Below, piece after piece: positions 46,844-59,800 of a stretch of DNA of 64,000 bases. The notes under the pieces were generated by a model that saw only the letters and a program-made list of their open reading frames with translations, did no database searches and was not told the origin of the DNA. The stretch is from Phallusia mammillata (lineage: Eukaryota), in NCBI GenBank assembly GCA_965637545.1, contig OZ281494.1, forward strand, positions 15,500,001 through 15,564,000, read 5' to 3'. Within the stretch, counting starts at the first letter, position 1; each line of letters begins with the position of its first letter. Made by a program: the position numbers and the translations under genes.

Positions 46844-49800
46844 CATGAGGGGCATTATGTGCACTAATTAAAATCACATCTTATAACGTACCATTTTTTC
46901 TTTTCTATCACTTGTTGCTACCCAAAGCAATATATCGCCGTACAGGGTGTAAATCATTTAACATCTGTTTACCAATCATAGCCTTGCTTTTCGAATGCCG
47001 GTGTTACTTTGCTATATTCATGCCTTGTTTTCACATTTTCTCGAACGGAGGTTTTTGCATTTTCGCAAATTTCCGTCAAGCGAAACAACCTCGGATAAAA
47101 CTATTCATATTTAAAATTACACACAAACTTTACAATGTTTGAAACAAAACAAAAGACAACCGAAGTTTTTGCTCAAAAACACGCTAGAAAGATATAAGAT
47201 TCTTGTTTTGTATTTTGTCGCCATCAACAGTACAAAATGTACATAGTTTATAAAAGGAAAAAAATAACATGTGGCAAATTGAATAAACTCATAAAAATAG
47301 CAGCATAACAAATCTGTTTTGTCGTAAAAGGAATTTGATCAACAACATTACAGTACTGGAATATTATCAATCCAAAAAACAGTTACACAAGCACATTGCT
47401 GTAGCATTTTGTACGGTGCGCATGCAAAATTACATGACAAAATATAGAAGTTGTCCGAAATTTCTCTGTATAAATAGCTGTGAACCTATAAAAATACGCT
47501 TTGGACCAGTGAATTATGTCCTTCACACACAAGTCCATTTTAACATGAAAACAGAAAAGAAAAAACAAAGCTTTAAATTTTGTCTTGATGCTTGAAAACC
47601 ACAACCATTTATGCTTTTACCTTGTTACGCAATCACGATTTTTATTGGATTGATAAAAAGGCGGTGAGTCGTCATAGCTCAGGAATGTGTCGAGAAATTA
47701 TTTGGGTTTGGCGCCGCCTGTTTTTGCTGTACATGGATGCTATGCAAGTTAAATCGTCCATGATCCCTATTTTTACACCGCTACAAAGCACGTATTAGGC
47801 TACGTGCGCTTGTATCATAAGATTCTTAGGTTTAATCAAACTCAAAATTTAACACACGTGGATCACACATACACCTCAATTGCTTGCCACGCAAAAATAA
47901 AAAAACGAATTTATTTATAATTTTTATATTAATATAAGTTATTTTCTTATAAATTGGCAATGCAAGAAAACGAGAGACATAGCCAAATAGCACATTGCAG
48001 TTATCGCTGTATTTGACCAAAACACAAAACCCACTCGGTCAGTGTCTAGATCTAGAATCGCGTTCGCTTTGCCTCTGTTAATGAGGTAATTAACGGTCAT
48101 TTTCCTTATATGGACACGCCTGGGTTCGTCACAGGACAGGTAATCGATTTTTGACAAGTGAAAATTCCTAATTGGGCACCGTACATGGTTTTGTGACTTT
48201 CCACTTTAGGTAACGGATTTATTCTAGAATAGTGCAAATCGATAACGGGCAGGACGAGGGTGATTATTACCGACCTTTAGGATTTGACCAATATTCATTA
48301 AATTTTACAAAAACGGTCTTTCTTCGCTGTTTTGTGTCGCTTTTTATCATATGAATAAATTTGCCTGAATATCATGTGAATTTGTGGCTCTTTAAAGCAA
48401 CAACGATGCACTTACGAAAAAATAAAAAAGTGTGAAAAAGAAAAAAAATCCGCACAAAAAGTATTGCAGCTATTCGATATAAAGTGCACTACGCGTTTAA
48501 GGAAAAGAAAAAAAAAACAATTATATGTACTTACAACAAGTACAACAGTTACGCGGAAATTAAAGCGACTGAAAAATAGAAGCACAAAAGCAAGTCAAAT
48601 ATTGCCTGTTTGTGGGTTAAATAATAGACGTGGATAAGAAAAAAGGTAAAAGGTTGAATTGAGTTTGTAGATTTGAACAATTTCGTGCATTTGTGGAGTC
48701 GAACGCTTATTTTTTTAGCAAATTTTTAAGTTTAGGTATGCTTGTTTGTGGCAAGTGCAGTGCTATATGTTTATACATAACATAGGAGTGCAAAAAATGA
48801 AGTAAAAAATACATTTGCGGTAAATGTAAATTGTGTGAGTTGTTGCCGACACCATAACCATTAAATAGTATTTGCTAAAATTCACCTGTGTGGAAAACAA
48901 ATGATTGTTTTGTAATACTTTTGTACAAAACGGCAGATAACATGCAAAAGTATAAATCGACACACGAAGCATGCAACAACCAATTATACATGAGTCTTAA
49001 TATAATGATTGTTTTTAAAAGTCGAGTGCAAATACAAATTGCAGGCAGCAAAATAGTCCTTCCTAAAAATATTTGTTCATTTTCTTACACAACTAGTCAA
49101 GATTCCTTGTAAATTTCGATACTTTTTGATTTGAAGGTGAAAACTATGCCAAGCGTTTTACGTTTTACTATCTTGCAAAAATGGATTTTAATTAATGGTA
49201 AACGTCCAATATAGGTTTGCTAGATCGTCGTCAAAATGTACAAAAAATAAAAAATATACAACTGTGTTACTGATTTCAGCACCAATTTCCATTTTTAGCA
49301 GTGGCCATTTCCACGTGATTCGTTGCCATAGAACCGAGGTCAATTGGTGTTTTAATGTCGTGACGTTTATTAAGTACAAACGCGTCGTAAGCAGTTCGCA
49401 TCTGAAAAGCAACGAACATCGTTATCACCGACATAAGTTAGAACACCACAAGATCTCGCCCAGGGCTACACCATACATGCAGATTTTACAGGAGTTTGGT
49501 AACTTGAAGGGATAAAGGTTGCCTAACATGATAGGAATTCGTATGATTAAAGTTGACTGTTGTTCGACATCAGTTCACTGCAATGCATCGGACCTTACGC
49601 AACACAAAGGTTTTCTTTATCGTCAATGAGGCGTGCGACTTTTAAGACTAAGATGACAAATATTGGGGTTTTGCAAAGCAATAAAGCGTTACCTCAAAGC
49701 CTTGAATACGAACCTAAAGTTTAAAGCTACTGCCAATTGTATTACATTATTTAGCATTAAAACGGCATTATTGATGTTTCCACAGTATGCTACAGTGTAG

Positions 49801-49882
49801 TTTTTTAAAAAGGGAATACTAAGCACAAATACATTTAATCGTATTTGAAATAACACATAAAACACTTGATAAAAAGACAAAC

Positions 49883-52800
49883 CTGCAAAGCAATTCTTCC
49901 CGCTGGCATTTTACCAATGTCTCCACACAACTGTGGACAAACGACTGTTTGAATCTTTTTTGCTTCATCACAGTTCTGATTGTGGGTCTTCACTGTTAAT
50001 TAAACAAAGGGTCACTTTGTATTCATACAACCATTGTTCAAATTTGTCAAAAACTCAAAATCAAATTCAGTACACTTCTTCAGCGCAAATATTTGTTCAC
50101 TGAAAAGCATGCATTTAGAAGACAAAACTTACAAACCAAAAAAGTAACTGTAGGTTTTACAACACCTGTCCAACTTAAAAATAGGTAAATAAAAAAACTC
50201 CTGTTTTGTACATATTTTAGACATTTTTGTTGGTTTGGTAGTTCAGTTAACCAAAAAACAAAATATTTGAATTCCAAACGTTATCGTAATACCTGCTTTG
50301 ATTGCTGCCCTGAATGCAAGGTAAGCATTCACTGTGTCTGGGACCAGAATGGGAACCCTCATTACAGGTACATAAATAAGATTCTTTACAGTTTTGCAAT
50401 ATTCCCTTTCAGACAAGTCTTCTTCTTCAAGATCAACTGATATTGTCCGCAAGCGTTGTTTGTTCAGTTCATCATTTTCATCTAATTTGCCTCCTTCGGA
50501 TATGTTCATTGGAAGCACAATAGCTTCACCCTGTAAAAAACAAAACTCTAAAAATTTGGGTGTCAAACTAAATAAATCCAATTTTCAGTCGATTTAAGCA
50601 TATTTACATGTGTAAAGGGAAATCATGTACAAAAACAAACATACCAAACCAACACCAAGTAGTTCTCTATATGAAAAATTTACGCCTTTATGTATTGTTT
50701 ACATTTAACAACAACAAACAGCTTACCACTAATAGTTCCCCATCATGATTTTGGCAGATGATTTGTCTGAGTCTTTTTTGTCTGCAAAATGTTTGTAGTT
50801 GAAACACAACCGATTTTCGCTCAAGGGCAGAAACACAAAATACGAGGTGCATACATAACAAAAGATTAGGAAAGCAATTTAATTTAAAAACAAAATACGT
50901 AAAAAATTGTAGTGGATTGGGTTAGTTTATGTTAATGTTTGTAGAAGAGTTCCTTACATTGCCCATCCAAATATTTTAATGTACTGCAGCTCTGGTTCTC
51001 CATCCAGAAATCCAAAGCTGTTTCCAGGAATAATCTGTAAAAAGAAAGAATCAGTTGAATTCAGAACCTTTACATTTTTCATTGATAATTAGGCAATAAA
51101 GATTTACCAGTGCATCAGCTGTCAGTGTTGAGTCCACAGTTTTTCTGCAGACCTTCATTCCAGGTGTTTTTTTAAACTGTCTTTGCCAGCAAATGTACTG
51201 TTGATTGTCAGTTGTATAAAGCTCATAGGCAACATCACAAACTAAATCCAGAACTGGGTCCACTGTTAACAAAAATACAAACAAGTATCAATCAATTAAT
51301 GCTGTTGCTTTTCATATGTTCAGGGTAAAATTAGCAGTTCTTTTCAGATAAAAACATTAGATTGTCAACTATAATAATGTTCAGGTAAAGGTTACAATAT
51401 TCTACTATGTACATACATTTTTAAAATATCTCAAAACATTACCAAACTTTGACTATATATTTGATGATATGTTTGATCTATTCCAGTCCAGTAATATTCC
51501 AATGACAAAAAATCATGCAATTAAAAAAATAACCAATAATTTTGACTTAAAAAATTTACCTTTCTTTTCAGTCACATTTCCGGTTTCTGTTTGCAATACA
51601 GTATGCCTTGGAGACAGTGACTCTGTGCTGGATGACTCTTCACATTCACTACATTAAAATAAATCACTGTTGAATAATTAAACACAAAAATGTCAACCAT
51701 TGATCAGGACATTTAAGCACTTACCTTTCCTGGTTTTCTGTTAGTGAAAAGTGAATTTTCTTTCTTTGGCTGTTTCGTAAAGTGCTTTGTCCATTAAAAG
51801 AAGAAAATGAAGTTCCCACCTTGCAAAATAAACTTGAGTGAAAATAAGTTACAGACTCGTCTTAAATTTGATAAAGCCATCACTAATTGGTTTTAGACCC
51901 ATATCCAGATAAGCCTATTCCTGGCTAACAACTTTTTATCAAAAACAAATATTTAACCAATTTACTGGATAACAACCATCATGTTACATTAAGTGTAAGA
52001 CTAATATAATCATATAGCAAATATCAAAACTATGTTTAAAGATGAATAGTAATAGCCAACATTAAAAAAAAACACAAAATATTTTTGGAAATATTTAACA
52101 TCAACATCTGACCTGAACAATACTAATCAATCTGACACGAAAAAGTATCCTATCATTTTAACAACATTACACTTCTTACCACATGGTTGGGTTGCAATTC
52201 AACAGGTTTGGGTCCCAAATCAAGTTTAAATTCCGCTTCTGTTTCATTGTTGTTTTGGGCAACAGGCACATCTGTTTCTGATTTAACTGATCGACCACTT
52301 CCTGCCATGGTTTATTTAAATTTAAATATACATGTTGGTCTGTAACACAATACCAAATTTTAAAAAAAATCCTTACCACGAAACCAATTGCCAATGCTGC
52401 GAAAGAATGATGAAGGATTTGATGTTGAATCATTGTTATCACCTTCCAAATCTGTAAAGCAAAACCGTAAATAGTTTTTACGCAAAAAATGCTATTAAGG
52501 CATGTATGAAAAACCAAGGCCATGCCATCATAATACAAAAGTACAGAACATCATGAAATTTTAAATAGTTCTGAGAACAGTTAATATTGTTCAACTCATG
52601 AACTGTAGCTACTATTTAATAAGTTCAAATAAAGGCTTACCAACACTTAGACGTTTCTTTGTAGGAAGTGAAGTTTTGGTCAAATGAACGTCGGATACTG
52701 ATCTGGAGTGAATCTTCTTTATGTCCTGACTTAATGCGTTGCTGTTATTGCTTGTGTTATAGTTTCCATATGACTTCCAATTGGTGGTATATCCCGTCCT

Positions 52801-53064
52801 CCAGGAGTAATCGGCATCTGTGTAATTTCCTTCTGTACGTCCGGGAATCACAACCACCTCGTCATCATCTTCGTTGCTGCCAATGACTAACGTATCATGA
52901 TCAACGTCTTGAATAAGTTCGTCTTCGTAATATTCATCCAACGAATTATCATCATCAAGGTCGCTTAGCGAGCTTAAGTCATCATCGTCATCAAGACTAT
53001 CAATGTCAGCTACATTTTTGTGTAGGTTAGGAGCGCCGTCGAAATACGTAAATGTCGAAGTCAT
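49883..53064 (-). CDS. Macrodomain (Appr-1''-p processing-like) protein with a long acidic disordered N-terminus; final exon(s) below 49883 unresolved
   Basis: Exons 53064-52641, 52451-52377, 52301-52180, 51819-51725, 51648-51560, 51262-51108, 51034-50958, 50781-50727, 50530-50293, 49992-49883. Motifs ADALIIPGNSFGFLDG, HDGELLVGEA, VPVMRVP..VPDTVNAYLAFRA, IQTVVCPQLCGDIGKMP. Confidence 0.8.
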
Positions 53065-53806
53065 GATGGCATCTAAACATATAGCGCGTTGTCAGAAAAC
53101 CAAAACATCCACTGGTGCTTGTAGAAAGACTAATAAAAACGGAACTACGCTTCGGAAATTAGAACGCTTCGGAAATCTTTCACTGTCTTTTTACAACCCA
53201 ATTCAAACAACGAAACTAATCGGCAGTACACCACAGTCCACACCTCACCTCACGTCACACAAGTTTTAAATCTATAAATAACTTCGCGGCTGTAGTCCCC
53301 TTTTTCGCCTGCGGTTCTGCGTTTTTCATCCGCTCTCTTTCGAAGAATTTTTCACGATAAAAATGAACTTAAAAACACTATTATGTTTTTTCCGCTGCTG
53401 TCCACATCCACACTTAGTACCGGTACTCTCAAAATTGACAAAAAAATTGTAAACAAAATCACGTTTTAATTTCCATTTTTGAACATCGCATATGTCTTGT
53501 AGATAGTTAGAAAAAAATACTTTTTCAAGGACATGTGCCTCTTGTCAGGCTTGCTAGGCACAAAAAGCAAAACATAACAACTCTCTATCGCCCTCTAGTG
53601 ATTAATCTTGACGTCTGGCGGGAAATATTACACGTTATTGGCATTGTTGTTTTGCTGCAACTGTGCTATTTGTTGTTATACGTTTGGACTTATGAGTCTT
53701 TTTGATGTTACCTTTAAACTTCTGATAACAACTGAAGTATCAGGTAACAACGTTGTGGTTTTAATTAGCAGGTATACAACTTTGGATAGGACTGCTTTTA
53801 AAAGCA
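53065..53806. promoter_or_regulatory. Putative bidirectional promoter between the macrodomain gene and PARP1
   Basis: 742 bp between divergent ATGs. E2F-type GGCGGGAAA at 53617-53625, CTCF-like CGCCCTCTAGTG at 53589-53600, tandem cgcttcggaaa at ~53148-53175. Confidence 0.5.
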
Positions 53807-56800
53807 ATGGAAGAGGAAGATTTGTCGTATAAAGCCGAGTATGCCAAAAGCAATCGTGCATCATGCAAGGGTTGTTCAAGTTTGATTGCAAAAGATTCAC
53901 TTCGACTTGCCCATTTGGTCCAGTCAAGGCATTTTGATGGCAAGGTTGTTGTTTTTTCAAATATAAGGTAAATACGTTAAAATCTTATTTTAGTGACTCT
54001 GACCCTTTCAGCAACCACATTGGTTCCACTACTCCTGCTTTTTTGGAAAATTTCGTCCAACTTCAGTTGATGAAGTTGGTGACTATCATGATCTTCGGTG
54101 GGAAGATCAGGAAAAGATTAGAACCCAGATCGAGAGAGGCCCATCAAAAAAGAATGGTGCTGGGGCACCTTTGGTATCAAAGTCACTAAAGGATTTTGTT
54201 ATTCAATATGCTTTGTCAGGAAGAGCCAAATGCAGAAAATGTGACGGAAAGATTGAAAAGGTTTAAAATTTTTGTCTCATTTTTGTTAACAGATATGTTA
54301 AAGGTTTGGGGTTGCATAAAATGCTGTCATGGTTAACATCAAGTTAACTTTATTTCGCTTGAGAAAAGAAAACATAGCATCACAATTGCACTAAAACAAT
54401 CATTTAACTGGAAATAGCTATGCAATGTTGAAACGTTATGGATCGCAAACTAAGCAGGGTACAATTGGTGAACTATGGTGTGTGCTTTAGTGATGGGACG
54501 ATACCAGGTTTTGAAGCGTGTACCGAGTACGAGTACCACATGTATATACCGAGTATGATTACCGAGTACTTAAGTGTAGTGTTGTACTTAGTTGTATATC
54601 ACTGGCTAATTTTTCTGCCATGGTCGGGGTACAGGCGTGCACACACCATTGCAGAAAAATGTAATCTCCACGTGATAGAGAAAAAGATATACGTAAACTG
54701 GCGGAATGTTATTCCAATTTTGTGCTGTCCAAAGCCAATATTGGCATAAAGTTGCCTGTATTCTTATGGTGTAAATCGGCCTACGGTACTCGCATGTTGG
54801 TATCAAAAACTGAGACAAAATATTTCAATACCGAGTATGAGTATCGATACCACTAAAATCGTTCGATACCGAGTACCGGGTGCCCCTCCCATCACTAGTG
54901 TGCTGATCTGAAACCGTATGTTTTAGGATGAGATTCGGATATCCCATAAAGAAGTACATCCTGAGAAACCACAACTTGGTTTTGTGGATCGTTGGCATCA
55001 TGTTGGATGTTTCGTGAAGCGCCGCAAGGAGTTTGGTTGGATTGATGGTGGTTACACAGCTGATATGATTAGTGGCTTCAAAGCAATTGACCCTGAAGAC
55101 CGAAAAACAATAACAAAATTGCTTGACAAGAAAGGGTAAATAGTTTTGCATTGAATGAACATTTTAGATACACTTTGTTTTTAAAAAAATTGCATCATAT
55201 TTTTGGCAATTAAATCATGTATATTTTGCTATGTTTTATAGGAAGAAAAGTCAAAAGTCAAAAGAAAATGAGTCACCTGGATGCAGCATTAAACAAGAGG
55301 CTTCCCCTCCATTAACAGATGATCAAACAAAGAAACTAAAACATCAAAGTTCTTTGTTGTGGAAAGTGATTGACACACTGAAACATATTGACTTGAAAAA
55401 GAATGATTTTATTGAGATTCTTGAACATAATCAACAAGAAGTCCCAAAAGGTCTTGATAAGGTCGGAAGCAATGTTTCTAGTCCAGATAGTATTTTTGCT
55501 GTTGTAATTTGCTGATGTTTTGCTTTCAGAGGTAATATACTGCAGCAGGCATAAGTGATAGCTTAAACTGTTAGTTTTAGCTAAAATTTTATAAGTGTTT
55601 CTGGTCTTTGTTTTCAGATGACTAGCATAATTTTGTAGGAGCCCCGTGAAGATAATAATCCCTGTTAATGCAGTGTGGAATTTTTTGTTTTATTTTGTCA
55701 CCGGACTGACCCTAATAAAAATATGTTGTTTTAAGACACTTTTTATGGGTCCCCTTCCCTGAAGGGGACACATATTGATTTTACTTGAATTGTTTGTTTG
55801 TTTTTTGTTTTTTTTCTTCCCAAAGTTTGTCCGACTCATTTTTCCATCAAATGTTTGATGGATTTGGCTGAAATTTACACAGATGGTAGATATAGTTATG
55901 TAGATGTGCATCCCACTTTGTTTTTGTTGATAACCCCAGTATTTACCCCGCCCGCCCCCTAAAATAGGTATTTTTACCCAAAGTTTGTCCGACTCGTTTT
56001 TCCATCAAATGTTTGATGGATTGGGCTGAAATTTAAACAGATGGTAGATATAGTTATTTAGATGTGCATCCCACTTTGTTTTTGTTGATAACCCCAGTAT
56101 TTACCCCGCTAGCCCCCTAAAATGGGTATTTTTTCTCTGAAGTTTGTCCGACTCGTTTTTCCATCAAATGTTTGATGGATTTGGCTGAAATTTACACAGA
56201 TGGTAGATATAGTTATGTAGATTTTTTTTGTAAAATTTTGGTTTAAGATGTCCGGTTCTTTAAGAAATTTGGTTACAAAAAGATGTCCTTCGCTGTTTCG
56301 TCATGGATTGCACCCCAGCATTGTACAAATGCAACGAAGGTGTTTAAATGTACAGGAACACCAAAGTAAAAAACTTATGCATGATTTTGAAATCAATGTT
56401 CAGCGCTTTCATGTTGCTGAAACACCAAGTGATGCCCATACTGCAGCTAAAAGTTTAATGGAGTCAAACCACTTTGTTTTTGTTGATAACCCCAGTATTT
56501 ACCCCGCTCGCCCCCTAAAATGGGTATTTTTACCCAAAGTTTGTCCGACTCGTTTTTCCATCAATTGTTTGATGGATTTGGCTGAAATTTACACAGACGG
56601 TAATTATTCATGTAGATGTGCACTTTGTTTTTGTTGATAACCCCAGTATTTACCCCGCTATCCCCCTAAAATGGGTGAGTTTTTAAATAGTGTCAGAATT
56701 GGGTGAAATTTGGATTTCTTGCATAGTATGCCATTTATAGGTGTCGATTGTTGTGTTCAACCCTGTAGTCCTAACGTTTACCCCACAAGCCCCTAAAGTG

Positions 56801-59800
56801 TAAAACGTATTTGTATGTTACTGGGCACCACAAACGAAAGATTTCTTTGGCGCATTAGTGTTACAAGGGCAACCAGTTGTATGTTGCTTGGTGGTCGTTT
56901 TTGCGCCATGGCAGTTCTTGTTAACAGCCCTATGACGTCAGAAACATTAACGGTTGTTGCTCAAAACACCTCTAGTGGTCGAAATTTTAAACATTAGCGG
57001 ATTGGGCTGAAATTTTGCAGTACTATTGATTGAGTCATTGTGGTTTTTATATATTTTTTAATTTGTGTGTCGAACCCAATTAGTTACCCTACTAGCCCCC
57101 TAAAATGGGTCAGTTTTTTAAAACGTTAAGTAGGACATACTTCAAACAATATCTGGGGTGAATCTAATTTTATAGTTTGTATTCTACATAGTATTATTAT
57201 TTAAGCCCAGTGCCGATCACTGTGTTTTACCTTACAATACCTGACTTTCTCATGGTTATCTCTTGAATTGCGTTATTTTCAACTTTGCATGTGTGGGGAC
57301 CCATGAGTTTTTGCCTGCAGAAACGACTAAAGTTATAAAAGACGGTGACTAATATTAGGGACCTAATACAAAATAAGCATAGGAAATATATTTATGTTTT
57401 AAAATAGCTTATAGTGTATATACAAGGGCAATATGTGCTAAGCCACCCTTCTAGTTATTACTTAAAATTAGTGGTAGGACGAGTACCCGGTACTCGGTAT
57501 CGAACGATTTCAGTGGTAGCGATACTCGTACTTGCTGACAAAATATTTTGCCTCAGTTTTCGATACCAATATGTGAGTACCGAAGGCCGATTTACACCAT
57601 AAGAATACGGGCAACTTTATGCCAATATTTGCTTCGGACAGCACAAAATTGGAAAGTTCCGCCAGTTTACGTATATATTTTACGCTATCATGTGTGTGCA
57701 AGCCTGTACCCCGACCATGGCTGATAAATTAGCCAGTGATATACACTTAAGTACTGGCATCGAAGGTATATACATGTGGTACTCGGTATCGGTACTCGCT
57801 TCAAAACCTGGTATCGTCCCATCACTACTTGAAATTATTCGCCTTCAATGCAATGGTATAGTATATGCTAAACATTTTCTGTTTAGATTTATGAAAGGAT
57901 TGCTGATGGTATGTTGTTTGGAACATTAAGTCCATGTGCTCAATGTGGTGGACAACTTGTGGCTAGTAGTCGAGGCTTTTACCAGTGTCATGGTAATATT
58001 TCTGAGTGGACAAAATGCACGAACACTACTCTTGATGTAAAGCGGGATGAGTGGGTTATTCCAAATAATTTAAAGGAAGAGTGTCCATATCTGTAAGTGT
58101 TGCAAAAAGCTCAAATAATGGCAAGAAATTACTGAATTTAGATTTTATAAGTTTATCAAGTTGCTATCACCCTAAGGAACTGTCACCAATTTATTAGGTT
58201 CTGCTCATACAAGCTGTTTAAAAAGTTTTTTGAGTTTTTTTAGTGAATTTAGCAGCATAGTAAATTACTTAGAAATCTGGGTTGGTATATATGGCCTAAA
58301 ACACGAGAGTTTGGCACCCTTGCTGTTTCACATAGACCAAAAGACTGACCTAGATGTTCCAGTGTTCTTCTTTTTGTATATTATTAGTTGTTTCTAGATG
58401 TGTAGTTCAAGGATGTGAATTTTTCCTTGTAAAATTTTTTCAGGAGTCTATACACAACCTAACTGGCTAATGTTTTTCCAAAACTTGATAGTTTATGTAT
58501 AAAACTGTTGTGTTTCAGAGCAAAATATAAGTTCAAGCCACAAGATCGCATATTTCCTCCACTGTAAGTTTGTTGTTACAAGTCCCAAATATATATACCT
58601 TGTAACCGAGACCAATTTTAGACCACCAGTGAAACCCCTAAAAAATAAAAAGATTGTTATCCTTGGAAAAGTAACATCAAGTAAAGAAGACCTGAAAGCC
58701 AACATTGAAAAACTTGGAGGCTCAGTAACAACTTCTCTGTCCAAGGCCTACTGCTGTATTTCCACAAAAGGTAAAGGAAATTGATCTCATAGATTAAGTA
58801 GGATATTTTACTCCAAATTTTGCAAGACAAAATAACATGCAATTAGCCGAATCAGCTTGGTAGTGTGACATCAACAGATGTTTAGAAAAGACATTGGGAA
58901 TACTTGTTTTGTATTAAGTATGACATTGTTGCATTTTTGTACTGCTGTCTTAGCTGTTGGCCACTTTATTCATCCAATTCCCCATTATCAGAAAAAAGCA
59001 TGAATAATTATGGGTCCCCTTCATATTGATTTTACTCAAAATGTTTTCTTTCATTTTTCTTCTCCCCAAAGTTTGTCCGACTCGTTTTTCCATCAAATCC
59101 TTGATGGATTTGGATGAAATTTACACAGATGGTAGATGTGCATCCCACTTTGTTTTTGTTGATAACCCCAGTATTCCCCTGCAGCGGCGAAATCAGAAAA
59201 CTACAAAGCTTTCGCTAAAATTACCTGTTCTTCCTGTCAATTAGATGGGTAGAGAAACCGCCAATTTTGGAAAAAGTGCTTTGCCACATAACGCGTCGTT
59301 TTGAACGACGTGTGACATCATAATGACGTCATTAGGGATTTCCCCCCAAAAAATTGTTGGACCCCCCCTTTAAAAAATCCCGGATACGCCCCTGAGTGAC
59401 AGTATGAATAAGTTATCTTTCAAATTTACCTCACACTATGACACATGTACTTAAATCTTTATAGATAAAACAACTCTAGTTCAAATATATTTTACCAAAT
59501 GTTGGCCTTTTGTACAGGTGATGTAGATGCCGGGAAAAAAAGGATGAAAGAAGCTGAAGTCAATGACCTTTTTATTGTGTCTGAGGAATTTCTGAAAGAA
59601 TGTGATGCAATGAAAACTCCTCCGCCATCTTTGATTCCTCTGCTAAAGAAATTTAGCCTTGCTAGCTGGGGAAGTGAGGTAATAAATGACAAGTTGTGTG
59701 TCTGAATTAAATCGATATTACCCAGTTTTGAGTTTGTGATCTTTGAATTGCAGAGAGAAACCACTGTGGATGGAAAGAGCATGAAACGGACTATGGAGGA

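Noticed and set aside
49418-49720. Exon-like segments as final exons of the macrodomain gene
   Set aside because: Splice signals exist, but I could not chain them convincingly in frame; left unresolved.
52302-52339. Acceptor at 52340 for macrodomain exon 3, as implied by ORF 52176-52538
   Set aside because: It gives a 37-nt intron and breaks frame with the next exon; the acceptor at 52302 keeps the frame.
56248-56637. 129-aa ORF as a real SUCLG2 gene
   Set aside because: Similarity ends after ~73 codons and the rest is translated repeat; no further SUCLG2 exons follow.
55818-56680. Regularly spaced repeats with one unique insert, superficially CRISPR-like
   Set aside because: The units are ~158-bp head-to-tail copies without spacers, in a eukaryotic intron with no cas genes; explained by a Helentron-type element.
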